Shown: piece by piece, positions 1 through 10,175 of the stretch | Layout: each line of letters opens with the position of its first letter | Position numbering within the stretch: position 1 is the stretch's first letter | Assembly: GCA_037439545.1 (NCBI GenBank) | Contig: JBBIVV010000001.1 | Span: 96,001 to 160,000, forward strand | Origin: a bacterium | Lineage (GTDB): Bacteria; JAMCPX01 | Reading direction: 5' to 3' | DNA: 64,000 nucleotides | Position numbers and translations under genes: made by a program | Notes under the pieces: model-generated | Told to the model about the DNA's origin: nothing | What the model saw: only the letters and a program-made list of their open reading frames with translations | Database searches by the model: none

Positions 1-2
1 CA

Positions 3-1400
3 CAGATACTTGCCGATAAGCCGTTTCTGCCCGGTGTAGCGGTACAATGGCAGACCAAGAGGTTTTATCTCGACGGGAAGGGAATGTCACACGTGCTGGG
101 ATATGTGAGGGAGATAGGTGAAGAAGAACTCGATGCGCTGAACAAAAAATACCCGGACAGGTATGTGAGCGGTGACTTCATCGGTAAATACGGTATAGAA
201 AAGACGTATGAAAATGATCTAAGCGGCAAGGATGGAGCAATTGTTAAGCTTGTAGACGCATCCGGCAAAGAGATAAGAACATACACCTATATAGATCCTG
301 TTCAGGGGGAATCCATATCATTGACCATAGATGCCAGGCTGCAGGATTATACCTCGGGTCTTATGCAGGGGTATGTCGGTTGCGCGGTCGCAATGGATCC
401 GGCTACGGGAGCGATACTCGCAATGGTGAGTGAGCCTTCATTTGACATAAATAATTTTTCATCCTACCTGACCCCTGCCGAATGGAGCAGTGTAGCCAAT
501 AATCCGGATCATCCGCTTGAAAACAAATGCATCCAGGGTATGTTTGCGCCCGGTTCGACCTACAAGCCCGTTTTGGCCATAGCCGGACTGAACGAGCGTG
601 TCATCAGTCCGGAGAAGACAATCTCTGACCCCGGATATTTTGTCGTCGGCAACAGGGTATATCACGACTGGAAAAAGGGGGGGCATGGTATAGTGGATAT
701 GCACAAAGCGATAGTCCAGTCATGCGATACCTATTTCTACAGACTCGGCACATTGCTCGGCGTAGATACAATAGCAAAATATGCGAGGCTTCTTGGACTT
801 GGAAAGCCTACGGGCATTGATCTGTCGTCTGAGAAACCGGGACTTGTCCCTACTTCGGAATGGAAGGAGCAAACATTTCATGAACCGTGGTATCCTGGAG
901 ATACACCGCCGATTGCAATAGGTCAGGGGTATGATCTTGTTACGCCTTTGCAGCTGCTTGTTGCGTATTCTGCGATAGCAAACGGCGGCAGCATAATGAG
1001 ACCGCATGTTCTGCTTTATCCGACAGCGACCACCCAGGACTACATTGTATCAAAGTTAGGAGTAAACGGACAAATACTCGATGTTATCAGAAAAGGCTTG
1101 CTGGGTGTTGTGAACGAACCTCATGGCACGGCTCCGGGTGCACGGCTTAAGGATATACAGGTAGCAGGTAAAACAGGTACGGCACAGGTTATAAAAGAAG
1201 GCGCCTTCAGGAATATACCTGAGTCAAAAATCCCTGTGATGTACAGGGACAACGCATGGTTTGTGGCCTTTGCACCCTATAAATCGCCGCGCATAGCTGT
1301 TGTCGTACTTGTGGAGCACGGAGGACACGGAGGTTTTGCAAGCGCTCCAATAGCAAAAAATATGATAAATTTCTATCTTCAGGGGGATAAACTGCAATGA
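3..1400 (+). CDS. mrdA: Penicillin-binding protein 2 (5'-truncated by window edge)
   Basis: Frame is open from position 3; transpeptidase motifs GSTYK (SxxK), SCD and KTG; immediately upstream of rodA. Confidence 0.95.
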   Translation, partial: QILADKPFLPGVAVQWQTKRFYLDGKGMSHVLGYVREIGEEELDALNKKYPDRYVSGDFIGKYGIEKTYENDLSGKDGAIVKLVDASGKEIRTYTYIDPVQGESISLTIDARLQDYTSGLMQGYVGCAVAMDPATGAILAMVSEPSFDINNFSSYLTPAEWSSVANNPDHPLENKCIQGMFAPGSTYKPVLAIAGLNERVISPEKTISDPGYFVVGNRVYHDWKKGGHGIVDMHKAIVQSCDTYFYRLGTLLGVDTIAKYARLLGLGKPTGIDLSSEKPGLVPTSEWKEQTFHEPWYPGDTPPIAIGQGYDLVTPLQLLVAYSAIANGGSIMRPHVLLYPTATTQDYIVSKLGVNGQILDVIRKGLLGVVNEPHGTAPGARLKDIQVAGKTGTAQVIKEGAFRNIPESKIPVMYRDNAWFVAFAPYKSPRIAVVVLVEHGGHGGFASAPIAKNMINFYLQGDKLQ

Positions 1401-2494
1401 GCAGGAAAACATCTTTACTGGACTATAATCTGCTTTTGCCTTTCGGACTCTTGATGATCATAGGGATCCTGAATTTGTACAGTGCGACAAGAGGCATGCA
1501 CGGCACGACAGATCTTTTTGAAAGGCAGTTATTGTGGTTCGGTATCGGCATCCCTGTTATGTTTTTCTTCGCATACATAGACTACAGGATGCTGAAAAAG
1601 CTTTCGTTCATACTGTATATCTTAACGCTCATGCTCATTGTCCTTACCGTCATTAAGGGCAGGACGGCATACGGCGCACAGAGATGGCTTTCACTCGGCA
1701 TCTTTTCCTTCCAGCCTTCGGAACTTGCAAAGTTTTCAATGATGCTTATCCTTGCAAACTATTTCGATGATCACTGGTTGGAACAGGGGTTTTCCCTGAG
1801 ACAGCTCTTGATGCCCCTTGTCTATGTAATTATACCGGCAGCATTAATCCTGAAACAGCCTGATCTCGGCACTGCCATTATCGTGATACTGATCAGTATT
1901 TCCATAGTATTGTTTTGCAGGGTGAAGCTCAGGACATTCCTTTTATTCCTGTTTGCATTCATAATAATAATGCCTGTTGGCTGGCACTTTATGAAAGGTT
2001 ATCAGAAGGCAAGAATTCTTGCTTTTGCCGATCCGTACAAAGACCCGCTTGGTTCAGGGTATCACTTACTCCAGTCAAGGATAGCAGTCGGTTCCGGAAA
2101 GCTCACCGGTGTAGGCTATCTTAAAGGTACGCAGAGCCATCTCAACTTCCTGCCTGAAAGTCACACGGATTTCATCTTTTCAGTGCTTGCAGAGGAGTGG
2201 GGCTTTGCAGGCTCGATTGTAGTCGTCGCATTATTCACTTTTATATTTATTGAAGGTTTCACTATATCGAGATATGCAAAGGACAGGTTCGGTGTCATAC
2301 TCGCATTCGGCATTACGATGTCGCTGTTTCTGCAATTTTTCATAAATATAGGCATGAGTACGGGCATACTGCCGGTCGTAGGCATAACGCTTCCTTTTAT
2401 GAGTTATGGAGGCACGTCATTGCTTATATTCATGGCTGAGATCGGCATACTGCTGAGCATCGATATAAGAAGATTCAGATTTGAGGAGATATAA
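1397..2494 (+). CDS. rodA: Rod shape-determining protein RodA (SEDS family)
   Basis: Multi-TM protein with GAQRW, FQPSELAK, LPESHTDFIF and LPFMSYGG motifs; ATGA overlap with mrdA. Confidence 0.95.
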   Translation: MSRKTSLLDYNLLLPFGLLMIIGILNLYSATRGMHGTTDLFERQLLWFGIGIPVMFFFAYIDYRMLKKLSFILYILTLMLIVLTVIKGRTAYGAQRWLSLGIFSFQPSELAKFSMMLILANYFDDHWLEQGFSLRQLLMPLVYVIIPAALILKQPDLGTAIIVILISISIVLFCRVKLRTFLLFLFAFIIIMPVGWHFMKGYQKARILAFADPYKDPLGSGYHLLQSRIAVGSGKLTGVGYLKGTQSHLNFLPESHTDFIFSVLAEEWGFAGSIVVVALFTFIFIEGFTISRYAKDRFGVILAFGITMSLFLQFFINIGMSTGILPVVGITLPFMSYGGTSLLIFMAEIGILLSIDIRRFRFEEI

Positions 2495-2495
2495 T

Positions 2496-3929
2496 ATGAG
2501 AAACAAACCGATAGTAGAGGAAAAGGTTATTTTCGATCGTAAAAATAACGGGGACGCATTCCGGCGCATTCCTGCAAAAGATATTCCCGACAGGTACATC
2601 CGGCAGGATATCGAAGGTATGCCCGATGCAGCCGAACCCGAGGTTGTGAGGCATTTTACGAGGCTCTCTTATATGAACCATAACCTCGATGCCGGAATGT
2701 ATCCTCTTGGCTCATGCACCATGAAGTATAATCCAAAGGTCATGGAGGAGGCGGCAGGGAATAAAGGTTTCTCGATGCTTCACCCCATGACACCGCACAC
2801 AATGACTCAGGGTATTCTCGAGCTGATGTATGGCATCGAGCACTACCTTAAGACAGTGACCGGTATGGACAGTTTTTCGCTGCAGCTTGCAGCAGGTGCA
2901 CACGGGGAACTTGCCGGTATGCTCATTGCGGCAAAATATCACAGGATAAATAAGACCGGTAAACATACAATACTCATACCCGATACAGCCCACGGCACCA
3001 ATCCGGCAAGCGCTGCAATGGCAGGGTTCAAGGTTACGAACATACCTTCGGGCAGTCACGGCATGATTGAGGCCGGCATGCTGAAACAGTTTATAAATGA
3101 AGATACTGCGGGCATTATGCTCACCATTCCGAATACACTCGGCATTTTCGAAGAACAGATCGCGGGCATTGCAAAACTCATCCATGATGCAGGCGGCATT
3201 GTTTATGTCGACGGGGCAAATTTCAATGCACTTCTCGGTAAAGCGAGGTACAGCGATATGGGAGTCGACATTGTCCATTTGAACCTCCATAAAACATTTG
3301 CAACACCGCATGGGAGCGGCGGACCGGGTGCAGGCGTAATAGGCGTAGTTCCCCGGTTGAAAGAATTCCTGCCGGTACCCGTGGTCGAAAAGAAAAAAAG
3401 CAAGTTCACGATGAAGTATGATCTGAAGCATACCATAGGCAGAATGGTAAGCTTTTACGGTAATGCCGGTATTCTTGTGAGGGCATATACCTATATGCGT
3501 ATGCTCGGCATCCGTGAGGCAGGGCAGGTCGCAGAGACTGCAACACTCAATGCAAATTATATAAGGCTGATGTTGAAAGATTATTTCAATCTGCCTTACA
3601 GTACGCCGACCCTTCATGAGGTCGTATTTAATGATTCACTGCAGAACGCCCATGGTGTCAAAACTATCGATATGGCAAAACGGCTTCTTGATTATGGTTT
3701 TCATCCTCCCACTATTTATTTCCCGTTGATAGTCCACGGGGCGATCATGATAGAACCTACAGAAACAGAGTCGAAAGACGAGATGGACAGGTTTATAGCT
3801 GCCATGAAATCCATTGCAGAAGAGGTCAGGAACGACCCGAAGCTCGTAATTGACGCTCCGCTTACAACGCCCGTCAAAAGGGTCGATGAGGTCAAGGCTG
3901 CACGGGAACAGAAGCTGCGGTATAGTTGA
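2496..3929 (+). CDS. gcvPB: Glycine dehydrogenase (decarboxylating) subunit 2
   Basis: YPLGSCTMKYNP, AHGTNPASA and PLP-lysine motif LNLHKTFATPHGSGGPG; start moved to ATG 2496 behind GAGGAG. Confidence 0.93.
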   Translation: MRNKPIVEEKVIFDRKNNGDAFRRIPAKDIPDRYIRQDIEGMPDAAEPEVVRHFTRLSYMNHNLDAGMYPLGSCTMKYNPKVMEEAAGNKGFSMLHPMTPHTMTQGILELMYGIEHYLKTVTGMDSFSLQLAAGAHGELAGMLIAAKYHRINKTGKHTILIPDTAHGTNPASAAMAGFKVTNIPSGSHGMIEAGMLKQFINEDTAGIMLTIPNTLGIFEEQIAGIAKLIHDAGGIVYVDGANFNALLGKARYSDMGVDIVHLNLHKTFATPHGSGGPGAGVIGVVPRLKEFLPVPVVEKKKSKFTMKYDLKHTIGRMVSFYGNAGILVRAYTYMRMLGIREAGQVAETATLNANYIRLMLKDYFNLPYSTPTLHEVVFNDSLQNAHGVKTIDMAKRLLDYGFHPPTIYFPLIVHGAIMIEPTETESKDEMDRFIAAMKSIAEEVRNDPKLVIDAPLTTPVKRVDEVKAAREQKLRYS

Positions 3930-3977
3930 AAATTGGGGTTAAGAGAAGGGAGACTGGCTCAGCAGACTTCCGGCAGC

Positions 3978-4622
3978 TTACATGCCCATCGGCAGTTTTG
4001 ACTGCTTGTTAAAGAATTTTCTCAGGAATGTTTTTCTGTGAAGAGGGCAGGGGCCGTATTTTTCAAGCGCTGCCATGTGTTCCTTTGTCCCGTAGCCTTT
4101 GTGTTTCTCGAACCCGTATTCAGGGTATTGATTTGCATATATTTCCATAATACCGTCTCTGTAAATTTTTGCTACTACAGAGGCTGCGGCTATGCTCAGG
4201 TGAAGCTTGTCTCCATCGATGATTGTTTTCTGCGGCAGGCCGGTGTGAATCTCCATATTCCCGTCGATAAGTACAATGTCAACAGTATGATTCAACATCG
4301 ATAGTGCCTGCTCCATTGCCTGCCGTGTCGCATTCCTTATGTTGATCTTATCGATCGTCTGATGATCGACAATACCGATACCGTAAGATATCGATTGCTG
4401 TATCAGAAAATCATAAGCCTTGATTCTTGCGGCAGGAGAAAGAAGCTTGGAATCTTTTATCAGGTCGGACACAAGATTATCCGGGATAACAATTGCACAT
4501 GCAACCACAGGTCCTGCAAGCGGGCCCCTTCCTACCTCGTCTATGCCTGCGATACGAGAGTAAAGGTTGTCTTTGACTATAGTATTTAATGCTGCATCTT
4601 TACTCTTCATCGCCTGATTCAT
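3978..4622 (-). CDS. rnhB: Ribonuclease HII
   Basis: AGIDEVGRGPLAGPVV, DSK, SIAAASVVAK, HKGYGT motifs. Confidence 0.95.
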   Translation of the reverse strand: MNQAMKSKDAALNTIVKDNLYSRIAGIDEVGRGPLAGPVVACAIVIPDNLVSDLIKDSKLLSPAARIKAYDFLIQQSISYGIGIVDHQTIDKINIRNATRQAMEQALSMLNHTVDIVLIDGNMEIHTGLPQKTIIDGDKLHLSIAAASVVAKIYRDGIMEIYANQYPEYGFEKHKGYGTKEHMAALEKYGPCPLHRKTFLRKFFNKQSKLPMGM

Positions 4623-5214
4623 TCAGTAGTCCGGCTGTTTCAAGAGGAAGGACTGTCTGGTTTTTCTCGAGCTCTTCTTCTGCTGAACTCATCTGTTTCA
4701 GGTCCTGAAGGTTCGGAAGTGCCGAAATGTCTTTGAGACTAAACACCTCGAGGAATTCCTGCGTCGTTCCGTAAACAAGCGGCCTGCCCGGCAATTCCTT
4801 CTTGCCGACAATCTTTATAAGTCTCCTGTCGAGCAAAGTCTTTATTACTCCGCCGCTGTCGACGCCCCTGACATAGTCAATCTCAGCGCGTGTGATTGGC
4901 TGCCGATAGGCTATGATGGACAAGGTCTCTGTTGCAGGCACAGACAATTTCGATGGCTTTACGATATTCAATCTTTTTACCCATTCCGAGAGCTGTGATT
5001 TTGTCCTGAATTGCCATCCTTCTGCAACCTCGACAAGTTCGATGCCTCTGTTTTCCGGACTGTAGTTCGTCCTCAGTTCTTCAACGAGTCCGTCAATTTT
5101 TATCTCGCCTAAATCGATAATGGACAAAACCTGCTCGATATACTTTATCTTCAGCGGTCTGTCCGATGCAAAAATAAGTGCTTCGATTATTGCAATGAGT
5201 TTTTCTTTTTCCAT
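4600..5214 (-). CDS. scpB: SMC-Scp complex subunit ScpB
   Basis: IEALIFAS, ETLSIIAYRQPITRAEIDYVRGV, GRPLVYGTT. Confidence 0.95.
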   Translation of the reverse strand: MEKEKLIAIIEALIFASDRPLKIKYIEQVLSIIDLGEIKIDGLVEELRTNYSPENRGIELVEVAEGWQFRTKSQLSEWVKRLNIVKPSKLSVPATETLSIIAYRQPITRAEIDYVRGVDSGGVIKTLLDRRLIKIVGKKELPGRPLVYGTTQEFLEVFSLKDISALPNLQDLKQMSSAEEELEKNQTVLPLETAGLLNESGDEE

Positions 5215-5265
5215 GAAGACGTATCTCCTCCCGTCATTTTTATTAATCCCTTGTTCCGTGTCCGG

Positions 5266-5985
5266 CTATTCTGACACATAAAGCCATATTTCCCCAAACG
5301 GCTGCCTTTGCTCGCATCGTAACATCCTGAGCCTTAAAAGTTCAAGGATTGCAAGTATGGTTATGACGATGTCCATTCTTGTGCAGTCTTCGGGCAGCAG
5401 CGTGCCGAAGACTATGCTTTTGGCGATACTTATACGTTCCATGATATCATTTATTCTCTGTGCAACACTGACCTTTTCTACGGTCATATAAGCGATCTTC
5501 CCGCCTTTAGCCCTGTCAAGGATCGCCTTGAATGCAACAAACAGGTCGTACACGTCGGCCTCTATATTCAGCGATGCGTCATCGGATTGAATTTCTTCCT
5601 GAATACCTTTTATGAAGGTATCCCTGTACAGTATGTCCCTGTTGTTTAACTGGATACCGGCATCTTTGTAGCGCTGGTATTCAAGGAGCCTGTTGGTAAG
5701 TTCGAGCCTCGGGTCATAGAACTCCTCCTCATTCTCAACCGGTGTCGGGATAAGCATCCGCGCCTTTATCTCAAGCAATGTAGCGGCCATGACTAAAAAT
5801 TCTGATGCAAGCTCGACATCCAGTTCGTGCATGAGATTGAGGTAAGCGATATACTGTTCGGTTATGAATGATATGGGGACATCGTAGATATCGAGCTCAT
5901 TCTTCCTTATCAGGAAGAGCAGGAGGTCGAGAGGACCTTCGAATACCTCTAACTTAACTTTATAGTTTTCCTGTACTAAAGTCAT
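5266..5985 (-). CDS. scpA: Segregation/condensation protein ScpA
   Basis: FEGPLDLLLFLI, EFLVMAATLLEIKARML; adjacent to scpB. Confidence 0.95.
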   Translation of the reverse strand: MTLVQENYKVKLEVFEGPLDLLLFLIRKNELDIYDVPISFITEQYIAYLNLMHELDVELASEFLVMAATLLEIKARMLIPTPVENEEEFYDPRLELTNRLLEYQRYKDAGIQLNNRDILYRDTFIKGIQEEIQSDDASLNIEADVYDLFVAFKAILDRAKGGKIAYMTVEKVSVAQRINDIMERISIAKSIVFGTLLPEDCTRMDIVITILAILELLRLRMLRCEQRQPFGEIWLYVSE

Positions 5986-6964
5986 ACATGATCCTCACTG
6001 CTTTTTTTACCTCTTGCATGGCTGCTGAGGCAAACGATTCCGCCTTTTTATTGCCTTTCTCTATAATTTCTTTGAGCACATGGGGCTGTTGCAGCAGTTT
6101 TTCCCTTTTTTCACGGATCGGTGCGAGCAGGGTGTTGATTTCACCTATAACTACCTTTTTACAATCGACGCACCCGATGCCCGCTGTCCTGCAGCCTGTA
6201 TCTATCTCTTTGAGTTTGTCCGGCGGTGTGTGCAGTTTATGAAGGTCGTAAACAGGACAGAGATCCGGATTCCCCTTGTCCGTCCTTCTTATTCTATGCG
6301 GATCCGTAACCATTGCAAGTATTTTTTTTGAAATGACCTCGGGCGGATCGGACAGGTAGAGGCAATTGTCGTAACTCTTGCTCATCTTCCTTCCATCGGT
6401 ACCCGGTACCTTAGGAGATGTCGTCAAAAGCGGCTGGGGTTCGGGGAACACGGGCTTGAACAGGTGATTGAAACGCCGTGCAATCTCCCGTGTAAACTCA
6501 AGGTGCGGTATCTGGTCTTCGCCTATCGGGACCTTGTGTGCCTTGTAAATCAGAATATCGGATGCCATTAGCAGTGGATAGCCGAGAAAACCATAGGTGT
6601 GGAGGTCTGTATTCTGGGCCTCATCGAGTTTTTCCTTATAACTCGGCACACGCTCCAGCCAGCCGAGAGGCGTTATCATGGAAAGTATCGTATGGAGTTC
6701 GGCATGCTGTGGAACGTATGATTGTACGAATATGGTCGCTTTTGCAGGATCGACGCCGGCTGCGATCCAGTCCGCCAGCATCTGTATGACGCTCGATTCT
6801 ATGTCTTCTGTCTTTGCATAATTTGTTGTCAGGGCGTGCAGATCGGCTACAAAAAAATAGCAATCATATTCGTCCTGAAGTTTTATAAAATTGGTCAGTA
6901 CACCGTGATAATGCCCGAGGTGAATCTTACCCGTCGGTCTTAAACCGCTTAGTATTCTCTCCAT
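5960..6964 (-). CDS. trpS: Tryptophan--tRNA ligase
   Basis: SGLRPTGKIHLGH (HIGH-like), GYPLLMASDIL, KMSKS; start reassigned to MERILSG at 6964. Confidence 0.95.
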   Translation of the reverse strand: MERILSGLRPTGKIHLGHYHGVLTNFIKLQDEYDCYFFVADLHALTTNYAKTEDIESSVIQMLADWIAAGVDPAKATIFVQSYVPQHAELHTILSMITPLGWLERVPSYKEKLDEAQNTDLHTYGFLGYPLLMASDILIYKAHKVPIGEDQIPHLEFTREIARRFNHLFKPVFPEPQPLLTTSPKVPGTDGRKMSKSYDNCLYLSDPPEVISKKILAMVTDPHRIRRTDKGNPDLCPVYDLHKLHTPPDKLKEIDTGCRTAGIGCVDCKKVVIGEINTLLAPIREKREKLLQQPHVLKEIIEKGNKKAESFASAAMQEVKKAVRIMYDFSTGKL

Positions 6965-6972
6965 ATTTTCCC

Positions 6973-7662
6973 CTATGATCCCAATAACATATTGAGCAGA
7001 CCCAATAAATGAAAAAGTGAGCTGCCTGAAAACAGATATGAGAGGAGGTTTGCCGGCAGCCATATTAACAGGGTAATGATTTTTATGGGCGTAAAGCTGT
7101 CGAGCACAAACAATACAAGCAGGATAATCATGCCGTATTTCTCGAGCCATGCGAATTTCTCTTCCATACGGGGCGGCAACAAACCGAACAATACCTTTGA
7201 GCCGTCAAGGGGCGGTATCGGTATGAGATTGAATAACCCGAGTGCAAGATTGATCTGCAGCGTGAGTATGAGTATCGCATACAGGGATGAAGTCAACAGA
7301 TCGGACATATTCAATATGCCGAACATCGCTGTAACCCTTATAATGAGCCCGGCTATGAGTGCAAGGGTAAAATTTGCACCCGGTCCTGCAAGTGATATCC
7401 ATAGCATATCCTTCTTGGGATTGTTGAGATTGTAAGGGTTTATCATTACGGGTTTTGCCCAGCCAAAATGCGCTATAAAAAGCATAAGCGTGCCTATCGG
7501 ATCGAGATGTGCGATAGGATTAAGAGTCAACCTGCCTGTGGCCCTTGCAGTAGGGTCGCCATACCTGTCGGCTGTCCAGCCATGCGCGACTTCATGCACG
7601 GTTAAGGAGAACAGAATGACAGGTATGAGTAAAATAAACTCTTTTAAGCTTGCCGTATCCAT
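6973..7662 (-). CDS. Site-2 protease family (M50) zinc metalloprotease
   Basis: HEVAH zinc motif, GDPT..GRLTLNP, NLIPIPPLDG. Confidence 0.92.
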   Translation of the reverse strand: MDTASLKEFILLIPVILFSLTVHEVAHGWTADRYGDPTARATGRLTLNPIAHLDPIGTLMLFIAHFGWAKPVMINPYNLNNPKKDMLWISLAGPGANFTLALIAGLIIRVTAMFGILNMSDLLTSSLYAILILTLQINLALGLFNLIPIPPLDGSKVLFGLLPPRMEEKFAWLEKYGMIILLVLFVLDSFTPIKIITLLIWLPANLLSYLFSGSSLFHLLGLLNMLLGS

Positions 7663-7673
7663 TTGAATTTTTT

Positions 7674-7703
7674 AATGTAATAACACGTATGCGTAACTGT
7701 CAA
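7674..7703 (-). promoter_or_regulatory. Putative sigma70 promoter of the M50-trpS-scpAB-rnhB operon
   Basis: TTGACA-18-TACATT on the minus strand, ending 11 nt before the ATG. Confidence 0.5.
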
Positions 7704-7742
7704 TGATTTATTTATTGTTTGTTAATAAAATTGAATGACCAT

Positions 7743-7865
7743 GCTATCCTGCGAGAGGACGGATCTCCTCCACAAGCGGAGGTCAGCCTCAGGCTGAAAA
7801 TAGCGGGAGGGCACGGGGCGCCAAAGCGCCAGATCGGGCGAGCGTCCCGACCAATCGCCCTGCTA
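7743..7865. other. GC-rich multi-hairpin element (candidate structured RNA or REP-like mosaic)
   Basis: Five short hairpins in two multibranch domains; much richer in GC than the adjacent AT-rich spacer. Confidence 0.5.
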
Positions 7866-8696
7866 CCACACTCCGAATAATCTTTGCACATTTCTGACGA
7901 AAAGCTTGTCTTCCACTTCTTTCCCAAGTTTCAGTGCCTTGATGGTGTCAATCTCTGTCATGAGATCATAAGGTATATTCGGGAAATCAGAGCCGTAGAG
8001 GATCCTGTCCTGATACTTGAGAATGGGTTCGACAGGCGGTCTTTTGTCGAATAAATTTGTCATGGTCATGGTCGTATCTGTCCACAGATTTTTGAAGTGG
8101 CCCATAAGATCGAAAAACTCGTTGAAATCCTCCGCTCCAAGGTGTGGCACGATGCATTTCATGTCCGGAAACCGCTTCATAAAACCATATATCTTGTCTG
8201 TCCCGCTTATGGCCCTTGTCATCTTTGCATATCCTTTAAGACTCGGACCTGTGCCTGCGTGTATGGTAAGTACCTTGCCGTATTCGCATATCTTTTCATA
8301 AATAGGGAAAAAACTTTCATGGTCAGGCGCCCTTGAGATAACATGACAGTGCAGCTTGATCCCTGCAAACCCGTACACCCTGAATATCCGGTCAAGTTCT
8401 GCTTTGATGTCCGTATCGTCGGGATGGATGGCTCCAAAAACCAAGAGTCCGGGATGAGTTTTTTTCAGGTTTTGGTTCCATTCGTTAAGAGAGGAAGCCA
8501 CCCCTGGCTTATGAGCGTAGTTATAGACAATGGCTTTTTCTATGCCGTTGTCCTTCAGTGTCTTGAGGCAATCTTCCGAATAGAGCTTATATTTTATCTT
8601 CCATGCGTAGGTATCAAACCACTTCCAGATCGCATCAAACAGGCTGTCCGGGAAAAGATGCACATGCGAGTCTATGTATTTTTCTGGTTTGCCCAT
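7863..8696 (-). CDS. Amidohydrolase family 2 metal-dependent hydrolase
   Basis: IDSHVH, GIKLH, IHAG, PHLG, ILYGSDFP motifs. Confidence 0.88.
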   Translation of the reverse strand: MGKPEKYIDSHVHLFPDSLFDAIWKWFDTYAWKIKYKLYSEDCLKTLKDNGIEKAIVYNYAHKPGVASSLNEWNQNLKKTHPGLLVFGAIHPDDTDIKAELDRIFRVYGFAGIKLHCHVISRAPDHESFFPIYEKICEYGKVLTIHAGTGPSLKGYAKMTRAISGTDKIYGFMKRFPDMKCIVPHLGAEDFNEFFDLMGHFKNLWTDTTMTMTNLFDKRPPVEPILKYQDRILYGSDFPNIPYDLMTEIDTIKALKLGKEVEDKLFVRNVQRLFGVW

Positions 8697-8811
8697 AAAA
8701 TCTCCCTATGATATATAATCAATGAAACGTGAGAAATGCAAGTTCACCCGGCAAAACGGCTCCGTTTCGGAGCAGGGTTCCGAAGGGGAAAAAGGGATAA
8801 GTGACCGAGTC

Positions 8812-9960
8812 ATGAGTAAGGCAGAGCAGGCAATAAAAGAAACGATAAGGGAGAAAGGTCCCATAACATTCGAGGAGTTTATGGATAAGGCTCTCTATCA
8901 CCCTTTGTCAGGCTATTACACCTCGGGCAGGCAGAGGGTCGGCGTGGAAGAGGACTATTATACTGCACCTTATGCAACATCGGTCATGAGTATGATTGTG
9001 GCACGGCAGATCGCACAGTTTTACGATCTGCTTGGCAAGCCCGAACCTTTCCATGTCCTTGAGGTCGGAGCAGGCTCGGGCAGGATGGCTGATGATATCT
9101 TGGAGTCTTTGAAAATATGGCACAAAGAACTGTATGAAAGAACGAAATATATAATCGTAGAGAAAACGAAAGGAATGAACGTGCAGCATCGAGATAAAAT
9201 CGATGTGTATGAATCACTGAATGACATGGACCGGAGAAGGGACATTGCTCCTAAAGTCCAGTCCTTTCCGGCCGGGCTCACAGGCTGTATACTATCAAAC
9301 GAGCTATTTGATGCATTGCCTGTTCATATCGTCGCTATGAAAGACAAATTATATGAAGTTTATGTGGGTATGGAGGATGATCATTTCGAGGAACTGCTTC
9401 TGCCGGCATCGGAGGAACTTTTAAACCATTTTGATTTTCTCGGCATCAGGCCCGCTGAAGGCATGTGGACAGAGGTCAACCTCAAGGCAAGGGACATGCT
9501 GAGGGCTATGTCGGATGTTTTAAAACGGGGATACCTGCTTACCATTGATTATGGCTATACTGCATCGGAATATTATGCACCGCACAGGATCAACGGCACG
9601 CTTGTTTGTTATCATAACCATAAAATAGATGATAATCCTTATGAGCTTGTAGGAGAAAAAGACATAACGAGCCATGTTGATTTCACAAGTCTCGAGAAAT
9701 GGGGCAGGGAGTTCTCGTTAAACACGGTCGGTTATGTCAGGCAGAGGGATTTCATTCTGTCCCTGGGATATGATGATCTCCTTATGAAGATTAAAAATAC
9801 CGTAAGCGACCCCGTCGACTATTACCGGCTTACATCGGCATCAAAGTTTCTTATCATGCCCGATGCAATGGGCGACATATTCAAGGTGCTTCTCCAGTAT
9901 AAAGGTGATACGCCATTGCCGGTGCCCGCGGGGTTTACCTGCAAGAACAGCAGCCTGTAA
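8812..9960 (+). CDS. SAM-dependent methyltransferase, MidA/NDUFAF7 family
   Basis: GPITFEEFMDKALYHP..GYY, LEVGAGSG, SNELFDALP, IDYG, DITSHVDF; start 8812 preferred (8722 possible). Confidence 0.88.
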   Translation: MSKAEQAIKETIREKGPITFEEFMDKALYHPLSGYYTSGRQRVGVEEDYYTAPYATSVMSMIVARQIAQFYDLLGKPEPFHVLEVGAGSGRMADDILESLKIWHKELYERTKYIIVEKTKGMNVQHRDKIDVYESLNDMDRRRDIAPKVQSFPAGLTGCILSNELFDALPVHIVAMKDKLYEVYVGMEDDHFEELLLPASEELLNHFDFLGIRPAEGMWTEVNLKARDMLRAMSDVLKRGYLLTIDYGYTASEYYAPHRINGTLVCYHNHKIDDNPYELVGEKDITSHVDFTSLEKWGREFSLNTVGYVRQRDFILSLGYDDLLMKIKNTVSDPVDYYRLTSASKFLIMPDAMGDIFKVLLQYKGDTPLPVPAGFTCKNSSL

Positions 9961-10175
9961 GGCTATAACTTCATTTTTCTTTTGACTTTAAAAAGATACC
10001 CAATGCTTTATCCGTTTTATTCATGTGGTTTACCCACCACTGTCCGGGCAGCCAATTGGTTTCTATCTGGACCTTCAGTGAAATGAGTATCAAGCGCAGA
10101 AAATAATGTACTCAGCCTGAGAATGATTGACTCACCTCATGCAATACTGATACAAACGAAACAAAAGGAGCTATT

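Noticed and set aside
7700..7865. T-box leader for trpS
   Set aside because: No GGTGGNACCGCG T-box motif on the minus strand, and a separate promoter and another gene lie between it and trpS
8745..8811. c-di-GMP-I riboswitch-like GGCAAAAC plus hairpin GCTCCG-TTT-CGGAGC
   Set aside because: Lacks the GNRA loop and downstream GCAAAG elements; only one small hairpin is supported
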